A stretch of DNA of 64,000 nt from Camelus dromedarius (Eukaryota). The stretch spans positions 44,890,001-44,954,000 of the forward strand of contig NC_087437.1 of assembly GCF_036321535.1 (NCBI RefSeq), in the 5' to 3' direction. Positions 11,500-24,672 of this stretch are shown in pieces. The notes beneath the pieces are model-generated. The model worked only from the letters and a program-made list of their open reading frames with translations. It did not search any database and was not told the origin of the DNA. Position 1 is the stretch's first letter. Each line of letters begins with the position of its first letter. The translations under genes and the position numbers were made by a program.

Positions 11500-12672
11500 C
11501 CGTTGGCGCCCTCTTCTGTGCTGCTCCCAGTACCTGTTGGCAAGCGGATCGCGCCTCCTCCTAACACTGGGTCAGGTGCAGCTCTCTGCTGTGGGCGCGC
11601 GGGTCGCTGCCCCTCCGGATGACGCAGTCAGAGTTGCAGACTGGCAGGGTAGGAGGGCGGGTCGTGCCCCCTCCCAGCACCTCGGTCAGGGGCTGTTTTC
11701 CTGCCCGAAAGGCGGGGGGGCTGCTCTCCCTCTATCTGTGCCGCTGGTTGCTCCGCTCTCTGTGCGGCTGCGCGCTCCGCCCTGGTCGGCGCTCGGCAGG
11801 TGCGTTCGGGGAAGAACGAGGGACAGCCCTGTCCCTGCTCCGAGCCAAAACCCAGCTCCTTGTTTGTCTTTGTGGAGCAAGTTCTCTGAGGGACCAGGAT
11901 GGAAGGATCCTATCTGCCCCGGGCTGCAGGCCAGTCTCAGTCTGGCCTTTGAGGCTGCTAAGCCCTTCGGTGCGGATGCAGGTTTCGCCCCTGCCCCCAC
12001 CTGAGTGCCCAGCGCCGGAGGATATGGCGGCTGTGCCTGAGCCCCGCCTCTCTTCCCCCCGGAAAGTTTCCGCGGGTTTTCAGAGATGGGGGTATGCACC
12101 CTTCCCCTGAGAGCACATCAACCTTGCTGTTTTACGGAGGGCCCAGGTTGTTCTGCCCTGTGCACCCACAGCCACGGCGCGCAGCCCCTTGCGTTCCCCA
12201 GGGGTTGCCTCCGTGCAGCCACCCCCGTCCTCCGTCCGGCTTGTGCAGCCTGGCCCTGCCCGCGGCTGCCGGCCCGCGTCTCAGGCTGGGTGTCGGGGGG
12301 ACGCTCTGTGCCCGTTTAACTTAGTTCTGTTAGTCAAGGGCTGCTCTGTACAGATTCGAGCCTCGGAGGCTCCCCCTCCGTCCCGCTGGCCTCTCAGTTG
12401 GAGAGGGGAGACCCAGCGAGCGAGCGCCAGTCCTCCTTTGCCGCTCCCTCCCCGCGGGACCCGTCCCGCGCTGCTTTGCCTTTTGTTCTTTCTTTTTTCC
12501 TTTTCTCCTACCAGATTTTTGGCGTCTTTATCTTTTGAAGAGGGCGATGTTCTGTCAGAGTTCCGCAGGTGCTCTGGTTGGCTGAGTGGGTCTGTAGATG
12601 TGGGTCTTGGTGTATTTGTGGGAGAGGGTGAGCTACGAGCGTCCTTCTACTCCGCCATCTTCTCCGTCTCCC
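11500..12672 (-). promoter_or_regulatory. CpG-rich L1 5'UTR internal promoter with a YY1 site (AAGATGGCG, 12653-12661)
   Basis: High GC and CpG density relative to the AT-rich flanks; the YY1 motif sits at the canonical position near the L1 5' end. Confidence 0.8.
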
Positions 12673-15509
12673 CCTCTACCCTCCTTTTAAAGATGCAAAA
12701 CCCACATATTTACCATTTCCTCTCTTTATTGGACTAACTTCTTTGTAAAGAGTGAGCAGAAATATTATTCTGTGATGGGTAGTGTAACATTGCTATTTGC
12801 TCTGAGGAGTTAAACATACAAATATCGCACAAACTTCAGAAAGCAAACGAAGCAGGACTCCTGAAGCTTGTGGAAGGATGTCTCCCTCCACTTCTCAAAC
12901 AGCAGCCAGTGACAGGCTCTGCTGAGCTCTGGTCTTTCCACATGCTCTCCTCCTCCTGGAAGAGACTGCTCAGCTCACAATATCCATGGAAGTGAGCCGC
13001 CTACAAAACATGGAGTTTGTCATGACAACCATGGCGGTTGGTTAAAATCCACCTCAGTTTCTACAAAACATTAGCTCTTTGACAGCCCCACACTTTTGTT
13101 ATTAGATTGAATCCCTCAACACTCTCAGAACCCCTCAGTACCAACCATGTGTTAAAAATTCAAGCGAATATTCTGGTTGGGTTTTAGAGTAAGGTCTTGC
13201 AGATAAGGAAACCAAGGCCCACAGAGATGCAAGGACTGAATCTGTACACTCTAAATTGAAGGCCGTTGTGTTTTGCACAACATACATTCAGATACCATAA
13301 TTTTAGGTGACAGTAGTGGCATGAAAATACAAATTACCAATGCTCAGACAAAATGAAGAAATAAAAAAAGTTTGCTTTTCCAGATCAGGCTTTGCTTTGG
13401 CCTGTTATATGGAGTGGCATTAGCTTTTTTCCAGGTGAAATTATTCATGATTACTTAGTAGTGCTTTAAAATAAAACTTTTTTTTAACTCGTCAAGATAC
13501 CTCAGTGTAAATGGAATACCTTTCTCCTTTATAAGGAACTCATTGACAGTGACAGAAATCGCTTACAATATAGTCTCCAACTTTATTTACCTTTTCTCCT
13601 TTAAAATATTCCTGACTTAGTGTTTGGATTCAGAACTTATATTTGCCTTTTCATCTTGGGGACAGTGCTACCTTCAAATCTCCACCTCTCTAAACTGTGT
13701 ACTTTCCTTTACGGTCCCCCAGAAGTGAAATCTCCAAGAAGTGTTCTTGGGTTGTTGCTGTCCATGACGACCACTGTTTTCTCCTGTCACTGTCGTACTC
13801 ATTTGACCTTTTGGATGCATCACTTTATATGCTCTTTTTGTTCTTCTTTGCTAATATCTTGGCTTCCAACCCACAAACCCCTTAACTGTAAGAACTGTTT
13901 CACATTGTTAGCATTTCACCCAGGGCTCTTGAATTGTACATGCTTTATAAGCCTTTCTTCAAAATAAGTATCTCTAAGATGAAGTGTTCTAAAATTAATT
14001 ATAATCTTAAGGATCATATCACACTGGTGAATGATGATAATATTTTAAAAATCCTGAATTTTCAGTCTGTGTTGTTTTGTGGGACATTCTGGGATATTTG
14101 AAAATCGGGGAGCTGTAAGAGTCCTGACTATCACTGAGCAACATATAAAGAAGAAAAGAGAAATCATGGAAATCCTAGAGCCAGACTGTGTGCTCTGTTT
14201 ATGCAAGTCCTATTTATACACATGTATTTGGGATTCAGCTGAACAATAGCATCTAGTTCAGAGAAAGTTGATATAAGAAACTTGTCATTAATTTAATCAC
14301 AAATCAAAGGATCTAAAGCTGTGTGTTTCTTTTACTATTTAAAAAATGTCAACGCTTACTCTGTAGGATGTAGTCTACTACAACGTGTATTGCATTTATA
14401 GCCAGAAAAGAAACTGCATTAGCAATATAATTGCATACAGTAAGGGTCACATATATTTTGGCCATCATATAAAATATCACAGCAAGTTCAAAAGAATAAT
14501 TGGTTTGTTTATTTTTTTACTCTCATATCTCCACCTCTATTACCCTTACTGACTCTATAATATAGAAACATGATGTCATTATTTTTCTGTTAAGATTTTT
14601 ATGAAAAAATAGAATGGTATTCTGAAAATACTATTTTTAGGTAAGTAAAATTTTACCAGATGTCCAAATCTATAGTAGAATATAGGTTTAATTTATTTTT
14701 GTTATTTTTTAACTTGGACATAGAAAAGGGAGTAATTATATTAACAATTTTTATCAAAATGATATCAATCTGTAAACTAAATAACTGACCTCATATGTGA
14801 TTGCATCCATTATTACCAAAACATCCTTTGTTTAATGATTGTGAAGAAGAAATGCTATCTTCATCCATTACTGAAGCTCTGTTTTTATTAAATTCTTAAA
14901 ATGCAAACTAAAACCACTTTATATTGCATGTACAGATCTCCAGCATTATGCTCTGAAAATACAGTCTCTAAAAATAAGCTATAAATAGGAAATCATTGGC
15001 CTCTCTGTCTTACTGCATTACATATATTTGATGTATGTTTCTTTTGCATTATTACCAACTCTACTAAATCAGTTCTCTAATCTTTCTCTCCATGATTAAT
15101 TACTTTGGATAATTTACCAAGTGCATGATTTAATAAACATACAATTACCCTTTTAAAAATAAACAACTCCTACCCTGTTTGCAGCCCCAGAACTGCTAGT
15201 GGTGTCTGCAACAATAGAAGACTTGATTTTGGTTGTGGTACTGATGTGGGGGGAGCTGGACGAAGGTAGCTAGCTCTGCCTACCCAAAGACCTGCATTTT
15301 TCTTTTAAAGAAACTTTCATGAACTACACATAAGATACATAATCAAATATATTTTTAGCATTCTAATTGTATTACTGAGTGAAGATATGTCAAATCCAAC
15401 TCAGCGACCTGTATAAACTAACGTAAGAGCATGTGCTTTGCACCACATCTGCTTCTGACTTTTCCTATAGGATATATAGCCTAGCACAGTGCCTTCCTCG
15501 CAGAAAGAA

Positions 15510-15700
15510 TTTGCTCAAGGAAGCTTTTCCTGATCCCTTCAGACCCATTAAGATCCCTGAATACCTTTTCATAGCACCATTTAGCATTTAACTGTTAAAT
15601 AATTATAGCCTATATTTGTGTGCTTTCACGAGAAAGGCCTGAAAATCCCCAGCAGTAACCAAGTCTAAGACGTATGGTAGCGTCCAATAAAAACTGATTT
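15510..15700 (+). mobile_element. L2 3' fragment
   Basis: Degenerate L2 end (aggaagcttttcctgatccc...ccccagca...tggtagcgtccaataaa). Confidence 0.45.
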
Positions 15701-16249
15701 AATATGAGAAATGCCCTCAAGCGTATGTGTGTGGAAGGACATGTGATCACTGAGAACCATTTGGTAAGTGTTCATGTTAGTTTTAAAGCATTTCCCTAAA
15801 TCTTGTTCAAAGAACCTAAAGTTGAAATAATAATAACTTACAGTCTCCTAAAATAGGTAAACTCTGAGCACTTTGCATACTAGCCGATTGTGTTTGATAC
15901 CTATTTAATCAAGGAAAATGGGAAAATACTTTATTTGCTGAGGACATCTTAGAAATTTTTTTTTACTTCATAAATCTCTACATCCATTTTTCTAGACTCA
16001 GGAAAGCAGAATGTACAAATGTGAGAATTGACATTGGCAAGTATCAAAAGTTATGATTCCTAGTAGGACGTACTTGTGATATGGGTATTAAATATGCCTG
16101 ATCGGTGTAATCAGCCTCTGATTATTCCTTAGAAGCACATGTTCAGGTTTGGAAAATGTTGTCTTAGTCGCCAGCGGTATTCCTGACTTGGTAAATTATC
16201 AAATCTCTTCTTGTTTGGAGGGACTGGAAAGGAATGAAAAGGATGCAAA

Positions 16250-16490
16250 CTAGCGTTAAGAGTCCATATTCTGCTGCCAGAATGCTTGACCTCAAATCTC
16301 ACAATTACCATGTACTACCTAAATGGCCTTGGGAAGTTATTTAAATGAGCAATACCTCTGTTTTCTCATCTGTGAAATAGAATGAAGCTATTGCAATAAT
16401 TAAATGAATTAATTCATGTAAAATATTTAGAATAATGCCTGGCACATGGCAAGAGCTCATAAATGTTACCTGCTGTTATTATTTATATTA
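16250..16490 (+). mobile_element. MIR SINE, near full length
   Basis: ccttgggaagttattta...ctctgttttctcatctgtgaaat...atgcctggcacatgg...ataaatgttacc. Confidence 0.85.
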
Positions 16491-16889
16491 TGCTGAAGTT
16501 AGTTATTAGTGAATTAAACTTAATTTTTAATTTTTTAATCAGCACATTTGCAGCACATGGTATGCAAATTACTAAACATGGTATAAAAGGAAAGTTGGAA
16601 TCTGAAAGTGTCTTTTTCGAGGTGCTAAGAAGTATCAACATAGGTGGTCCCTTTCTAAGAACAATATGGCTAAGAACATACAAGTATGTTGTAAAGTCAA
16701 AACTCTGACTAAATGCACTTCAGAATAACTTGATTATTTCCAAATTAATCCATAAATATGTTTTCTCTGCTACAGTTTAATAACAAATGGGTGATGATAG
16801 TCACTGAAAGAGGAAAGATATTTTAACATTGAAAAATATTTATCTCAAATACTTTTGTGGTCTAGCAATAGAAAGTAGGGATTCTCTTT

Positions 16890-17258
16890 TAGCGATAGAT
16901 TTCCATTCCTTTGCCTAAGGCTTTCTTCGGTCATGGACAACCGTTCAGAGGGTTAAAGATTTAACACCTCCATGAAGCAATCCTTGTCCAATGACTTATG
17001 GGCGCTAAAGAATCAAAACCCAGATCCCTTGCTGTTTTTAAGAGAAAATTCTGAAGAGCCTATTTTATTCTGGGTCTCAGGTATTCTCCAGCAGGATTAA
17101 GCTCCAGTCACCCACAGTGATAGGTGACTTGATCAAATGCCTCCTATTGGCTGCCTTCCCTTTCTTGTCTCTCCTCATTTTGTTACCCTCTCCTCTCAAT
17201 GAACTACTTGCACACAAATTCTGCCTCAAGTCTGTTTCTGGAGGAGGCCACAGTAAAG
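16890..17258 (+). mobile_element. LTR16-like ERVL solo LTR
   Basis: aggattaagctccagtcacccacagtgg and the terminus actacttgcacacaaattctgcctcaagtctgtttctgg. Confidence 0.7.
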
Positions 17259-20200
17259 GTTAATGGTAAACCTGTGTGGTCAGACTTTAGGCTGAGAACA
17301 CAGAGGAGCTGGGCTTTGCAGCAGGAACGGAGGCTGGAAAGGAGAGGAGAATCAGGGAGTCCGTATTCCTCACCCGTAAGTTTCTTGCTAGCAGAGGCAG
17401 TCTTAGTGTTTTAATGCCCTGGCCTTCACATGTGGTTAGTGTGTGTTTGTAAAAACTATACTTTTTTCAGTTTAGGGGAGAAAATAAGGTCCCATGTCTT
17501 TAATCATCAAATTAAAGTGCTGTGGCAATAAATACCACATTTATACCTCCTTTCTTTAATCCCTGTTGCATCAATTTGCCATCATATCCAAGGGACCCAG
17601 AGAGCTTTTGCGTGGTCTGTCAGCCACAGCAGCTCTGCCGTGAAAACATGTGTCAGCCCCCAAACCAGATAGCCCAGAATTCTTGCTCAACCCTTGGCAG
17701 CTGTAGCAGACATGATAGTTTCTCAGGGTCCTAGAGAGAAAAGGGCTCTCTCTTCTCTTGGTAGCCAGAGCCATAGGTGTTTCACAACCATGCTGGGTTC
17801 ACAGATTTACCACTGTTTGCCAACATAGACCAATAGAATTGGTTACAAGGAGTTCCTAAGAATAGCCACAAATTTTAGGAACGAAATCTCCCATATGTTT
17901 TACTTGATTAAAATCCTTCTTTTCCTTAAAATGAATTTTCCTGTCAGTAGCTTTTAGAATTCTTCATAGATTTTTCAAATCCTTTGCTTTCAGTAAACAT
18001 CATTTGAGACTACCTCAGCCCATCAAACCTAAAATCTTTGAAATCTTAAGAAGGAAAGGATGGGGTCTTGAACCATTTCTTTCCTGGAAGCTTAGGAATT
18101 CTGTAACAAGTCCTGTCTGTCCCCGCCCCCCACCACTGTTGAGCTTAGCAGATGTGTGTGCAGAGCAGTGGAAACAAGGTCTTCGGCAAGGCCTCCTGTG
18201 TATCTCATCCAAACTTCTCCATGAGAAGGAGGCCTCAAGTCATCCATTGGTAACAACTGGAGGTCTCTTTCAGGGGGACTGGGTGTCTCCACTTCTTTGT
18301 GCAGCTTTTACAGGGCAGTCCCTCCGAGGGCTGAGGGGGCAGTTGTGGCATTTAAGTTTTGCTCACTGGTTTCTGTGAAGTGGGTTTGATCTGAAGTGAT
18401 ACTTTTTAATAGTTGTGGGGAATATATAAGTCCTTGATTTTCTAAGAAAGTGTTATTTTCAAGTCAAGTCATTTTTTTCCATAAATAGACTTGCCAGAAT
18501 ATAGATTTTTGAGTTGAGTGTTGGATACCATCAATTTTTCCAAAGCTAAAGAGGAACCACAGAAAGGAAGTGGCAGAGACAGGTCTGTATTTTGGGGGTT
18601 CACAGAAAATATGTGTTCAATAGATAACTGCAGAGCTCTAGCTATAATGTGGAGAATGGGTTACAGGCAAACATTTAGATCAATTAGTGTGGAGTATTCC
18701 AGGTGAGAGATAATGAGGGTCTTAATGCTGAATTTTAGTCATATTAGAAACATAGATTTTGTGCACCAAGTTTGTATAGTGCCATTTAAATTTCTCCTTT
18801 TGCTGGGAAAACTGGCTGGTATGTCAGGAGTACACCCTTGCTTCCTCTGCCTCCTGACGTCGCAGCTCTGGAAGGGATCCTGAGGGCTGGGATGCTCTGC
18901 TCATCTCCAGGGAGACCCCCCAGGTCCCCTTGCCCATGGCTGGCCGCCCTGAAGTGTGCTATCCACAGGGCATTTGTTGCTAAATAGGGATTTTTCTCCT
19001 ATCCTGTAAAGTGACATAAATGAGTGCCAGGTCACTTCATGATGAACACAGCAGCCTGAAGGGGCGCCATGCAGCACAAAGGCACATTACGAAGACTCTC
19101 ACCAGGACATAACTTGTCAGATAACACCTCTGCTCTGAAAGTGGAGGGCAGGCGGAAGGACTCCCTACAGACCGCTGAATCACGACCACCTGTCTTGGCT
19201 GAGTTTTACGGTTTTCTGACTCCTTGCCCCACACTCCACACACACACGTACTTTGCACTAACCAATAACTCCATTGCAGTCTCACTAGTGTTTTTCATGT
19301 TTCTCTAAAACACCTGTGCTTCTTTCTACCCAGGGTTTTTTGCTCCTTTTATTTCCCTTGTCTGGAATATCTTTCCCCCTTTACACTCTAGATTCTGGAG
19401 CCCAAAAATCACATGTGGTCTAAGTTCATGGTGTGTTAGAAGCGAGATAGAAAACAGTGCCTCGTAGGAAACGAAAGATTCATGTACGCTAATTTTATAC
19501 GGTTAACTTCTCCCTCTCATTGTGTAAGAGTGGTAAGATTTGTCACTAACAGAAAAGAAAATCTTAAGGGGAGAAACTGCCTTATAGTCCTCTTTTCTCC
19601 CTCATAGCGCAGTGATGATCACACAATAAAGGCCCAAATAATACTAGGGGGGTAGTTCATGATTCATCTGCCGTTTGTCGTGTTATGTCAGCCCTTGCCG
19701 CAGCGACCAGTCTCTCTCAGTCTCTCTCTCACACTAACCTATAAAACAGGTGTGATGATGATCTCACAGCACTACCTTCTAGAGTGGGGTGAGGCTGCAT
19801 TTTAAGTCTGAGTCAGGACATAAAGACAGTCCCACAGTGATATTTTAACTAGCAGCTTAGGTATGAGGTAGAAACTGTGGTTCCTTTAGAATTATAAAAA
19901 TGGAACAAACCACATGTTTACTGAGTGTCTCTGCTTGTAGGTAAAAAGAAATTACATTACAGAACCATGGTATTGGTATCACTGTAATGAACCTAGTTAC
20001 ATCCAATTACATTGTTCCTGTATTAACTAGTAAATTTATTGGAAGTATTTATTGCTAATACAGTCACCAATACAATAATTGAGGCAGGGGGAGAAATGGC
20101 CCTATTCCAGATATTCATAGTTTATTAAACAAACACCTTCTTTTGTTTCTCTAGACTGGTGGCAAAAGATTTGTGACAAAGTCAGAGACTGTAAAAAATA

Positions 20201-20702
20201 CCTGCCTACAAGGCAGAAGATTGTTACTTATAAAATTTAAGCCAAAAGGGCATGTATATGTGTATTTCCCTTTATTAAGTTTCTAAAAACACTCTTTTGA
20301 ACCTTTAAATACAACTAAAATTATTTCATGCTTAAGAAAGAGAAACGTTCATATGGAATAACTGTAATTTGCCTTTGTTACCCTAAAAATCTAAAAGAAG
20401 GCTCTGTTAGTAATTATTTTCTTTCTAACACCTGATCTTGTCTAATGCCAATGAAACCACTAATTTTGGAGACATCAATAATATTTAGTAAGAGAGGAAA
20501 ACTTTTGCATGGTGGTATTCATTAACTCATTTCTTAATATAATAATCCTTTTTTTTTTCGGTAAGACTTTTTTTTTCTTTTTTTATTCTGACATATTCTT
20601 TATCCTCTGGTCGGGGTAGGACAATCTGGGAAGCATGAAGGAAGAAGGACAAAGGCAGATTGTGGGCTTGTGAAGTTATTATAATGAAATTTCAGACAGT
20701 TC

Positions 20703-21650
20703 GGGGGAGTGATGTCACCAAGATGTTAGAGTAGGAGATCCCAGCCTCCATCCACAAAGACAGTAAGACAGCTATCCAAGAATGAAAATAGCCCTGGCAG
20801 AGCTCAGGAGTCCACTAAAGAAGCTTCAGCACTTAGTGGAACAACATAACCTGAGAATAACCACACAAAAGCAACACACATTTTGCCTGTATGGTTCCTT
20901 CCCCTAGGCCGGCACTGCTCAGTGCCAAGAGGGAATTCTGTGGACAGAGAGGGTTCTTATTGTAGGAAGATAGAGAGCAGAATGAGTGACCAGCTTCCCC
21001 AGCCTTTCAGGGCTCTGCACAAAGGAGCTGGCCCCAACTCCTGTCACTAGCCTGCACCTCCATTCACACCGACAGCTAGTCCCTGTGTAGCTGTGCACCA
21101 ACACACCCTTGGCCCCGACTCCCGTCCCCATCCTCTACTGTTGTGTGCACACCTATGGCTAGCCCCTGAGGCCACGTGAGTACATGATGACAACCAAGGC
21201 CCCCACAGCTGCCCCTGTACCTGGAGCCAGTCCCACCTCCGATCAGAGGCCTGCACCACTACATCTGCCTGCCGGTAGCTCCTGTTACTTCAAATTCAGG
21301 TGCTGCTGGCACTGGCTTCTGTCCCTGGGCCCTGCTACAGTGCATGAGCCTGCACTTGCCTTTACAGCTACGTGAGTCCTGTAGCTGTAGCTGCTCATGC
21401 ACCCAGTCGCCCCCAGCCCCTGCCACTGGTCCAGGTCCTTCCCAACGTGTATGTGCCTGCAGCTGAGCATGTGTACACCACTGACTCCAGCTATCCCCAC
21501 CACCTGCCCCGGTCCCTTGCTACTGAGGACCCCAACAGTCCTTGCAGCCACTCAGGACCCCCACAGATCTTACTGTCAGGGATCACCCAGTTGCCAACGT
21601 CATGGACCTCAGTTGCCTGAGCCAATGAGACACTATACCACTCTGAATCT
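20703..21650 (+). mobile_element. Old L1 5'UTR fragment (sense)
   Basis: Starts GGGGGAGTGATGTCACCAAGATGTTAGAGTAGGAG, an L1M-type 5' terminus with a decayed YY1 site, followed by a GC-rich, loosely repetitive UTR. Confidence 0.7.
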
Positions 21651-21654
21651 AGAC

Positions 21655-24600
21655 ATGTTTTTGAATTTTCCGGTTTTATTCTTGTCATTGATTTCTAGTT
21701 TCATAACATTGGGGTTGGAAAAAGATGCTGGATGTGATTTCAGTCTTCTCAAATTTATTAAGACTTGTTTTGTGGTCTAACATGTGATCTGTCCTGGAGA
21801 ATATTCCATGTGCATTTGAGAAGAATGTATATTCTGCTGCTGTTGGTTGGAATGTTCTATAAATGTCTATTAGGTCCATCTCATCTAATGTCCAGTTTAA
21901 GTCTAATGTTTCTATATGGATTTTCTGTCTGAATAGTCTATTTATTGTTGAAAATTAGATATAGAAGCCCCTACTATTATTGCATTGCTGTCTGTTTCTC
22001 CCTTCAGGTTTGTTAATATTTGTTTTATATGTTTAGATGCTCCTGAGTCCATAAATATTTACATATTACATCCTCTTGTTGGAGTGATTCTTTTATCGTT
22101 GTATAATGACTTCCTTTGTCTCATACTATAGTCTTTGTCTTATATAAGTATAGTCACCCCTGTTTTGTTTGGGTTTCCATTTGTATGAAGTATCTTTGTC
22201 CATCCCTTCACTTTCAGGTTCTGTGGGTCCTTAAAGCTGCAATGAATCTCTTGTGTTTTCATCTGTTCAGCCTCTGTATGTCTTTTCATTGGAGAATTTA
22301 GTCCATTTACATTTAAAGTAATAATTAATAGGTATGGACTATTGACATCCTGTTAATTGTTTTCTGGCTATTTTGTAATTCTTTTGCTCTCTTCCTTTGT
22401 GATTTGAACACTTTTGGTAGTGATATGCTTAGAGACTTTACTTTTTATCTTTTCTGTGTCTATTCTAGGTTTTTACTTTATGGTTACCATCAGGCTTATA
22501 TAAAACATCTTATATTTATAACAGTCTATTTTAAGTTGATAACAACTTAGGTTCCAACACATACCAAAGTTCTATATTTTTACTCACATTCTCCCCACTT
22601 TTGATTTTTGCTGTCAAATTGATATTTTAACTTGTAAATCCATTTAAAATTACTGTCACTATAAGTACTTTTAATACCTTTATCTTCAAACCTTCATACT
22701 AATTTATAAGTGATTTGCCCAGCACCATGAGGGATTAGAGTATTCTGAATTTAACTATATATTTATTTTTCCCAGTGAAATTTATACTTCCATATGTTTT
22801 CCTATTACTAATTAGTGTCCTTTCATTCCAGCTTGAAGAATTTCCTTTAACATATAAGACTGGTCTAGTGGTGATGAACTTCTTAAGCTCTTGCTTGTGT
22901 GGAAAACTCTTTATCTCTCTTTCAGTTTTGCTGGGTAGAGTATTCCTGGTTGACAATATTTTCTTTCAGCACTTTGAATATATCACCTCAGTCTCTCCTG
23001 GCTTACAAAGTTTCTCCTGAAAAATCTGCTGAAATTCTTAAGAGATTCCCTTGTATGTAACAAGTTTTTTTTTCTCTTGCTGCTTTTAAGATTCTCTCCT
23101 TCTCTTTAGCTTTGATAATTTAATTTTAATGTGTCTCTCTGTGGGTCTGTTTGGACTCTTCTTGGAACTGTCTAAGATTCCTGGATCTGGATGTCTGTTT
23201 CTTTTTCCAGGATAGGAAAGTTTTTGGCCATTATTTCTTTGATATGCTTTCTATTCCTTTCTCTCTTTCTTCTTTTGGACCCATATAATGTGAATATTGA
23301 TGTTCTCTGTCTTCACTGAAATTCTTACTTTGTTAATGCATTGTTCTCCTGACTTCGGTGAGCAAATTTGTGACCTTACTTTGAACTCTTTAGGTAACTC
23401 ACTTAGCCTCATATCCTTAAGGTCTCTTTCTGGAGTTTTAGCTTGTACTTTTGTTTGGAACATATTTATCTGTTTCTTTATTTTCCTTGACTCTGTGTTG
23501 ATTTCTGTGCATTAGATGAAACAGCCACCTCTCCCACTCATGAGGAATGCTCTTGTGTAGGATGCGAAACTTCTCATTCAGCCTGGCCCTAGCTCTTGAT
23601 TGTATCTCAAACCTCTGTGATTGCCCAAGCCTCCTTCTTTTCTTTAGTGGCTTCCAGTAGTTGAGGGTGTGCCAAGACCTATTTGTGTCCCAGAGTGAAA
23701 GATCTCAGTCAGCGCCTAGATGCAGGCTAATTAGCAGCCAGACTCTCAGAAAAAAACAGCTTTTTTAAAGTATGTAAATAAACCTCTTTCAGGGAAAAAC
23801 TAGGAGGTGGGCATTTCTGTCTGCTCCTTCTGTGCTGAGCACAGTTTAAAAGTGTTTCTTTGTTTGCTCCAGTTCTGCGGGACCCATAAATGCAAATTAT
23901 GCTGGCCATCATAGCCAAATGACCAAAGAGTATGTCCCCTGAGTGGCAACTACAAAAGCCAGGGTGCCAGGTGTGTCTATAAGCTCCTCTGGGGAGAAAC
24001 TGGTAGTTTGGAGCTGGCCACAGGGAGAATACTGAGATGGAGTCTCTTGGCTTTCCTGATCTCTAGGGAGGATCTGTCCCTAGCTGTGAGCTAAATTAGA
24101 GGCCTGACCCTCAGGCAGAAAATCTTCCAAGTATTCAAATAGGCCTATAGGTCTATTTCAGGGAGAGACTGGGAGATGGGCGTGGGTTTTTTTGTTTGTT
24201 TTTTTCTTCCTGTTGCCTGTGTTGAGCTGTAGGGGAGAACCACAATGAGTCCTCATGAGCCCATCAAGAACTGTTTGTTTGCTATAGTGTTGTGTATCTT
24301 GTGAAAACAGCCCCACTGGCTTTCAGAGCTAGATATTTTGGGGACTTGACCCTCAGGTGGAAGTCTTAAAAGATGGGGCACTGGAGGTCAGATCTAAACC
24401 CTTCTCTCCTCAGGGAGAAAGTGGGAGTTGTGAGTTCTTTCCCTATTGAATATCACTGTGATGGGGTGGGGTTTATGGCAAAAGCGGGTCTCAGCCTTTC
24501 TTACTCATTTCAGTGTGGGTTTTTTCCCTGTTCACCCAATGGGTAGGAGTCTCTTAGCTAGTTTCTGGAGTTTTTTCAGAGGAAATTATTTCATGATGTA

Positions 24601-24672
24601 TAGCTGTAGATTCAATGTGTCCCTTGGAGGAGATAAGCTCGGGAAACTGCTGTCACCATCTTGGATGGGAAA
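21655..24672 (-). mobile_element. Old L1 5' half (5'UTR, decayed ORF1, spacer, ORF2 endonuclease), with the 3' part missing
   Basis: ORF 21685-21879 (MDLIDIYRTFQP..FSRTDHML) is EN sequence. ORF1 remnants lie at 22.8-23.5 kb. The 5' end CCAAGATGGTGAC is at ~24651-24663. Confidence 0.88.

Larger units (their letters stand above)
5576..12672 (-). mobile_element. Full-length young LINE-1 (~7.1 kb), antisense to the host gene, inactivated
   Basis: 16-bp TSD cctctaccctcctttt at 5560-5575 and 12673-12688, with an endonuclease consensus TTTT/AA site on the right. The 5' end reads GGGAGACGGAGAAGATGGCGG. It has a ~1.67-kb 5'UTR, ORF1, a ~400-nt spacer, ORF2 and a 3'UTR with AATAAA (5594-5599) and a short A tail. 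Confidence 0.98.

Noticed and set aside
11404..12737. 120-180 aa ORFs in the L1 5'UTR as a possible ORF0 analogue
   Set aside because: GC-rich sequence lacks stops by chance; several start at non-ATG codons; there is no resemblance to primate ORF0.
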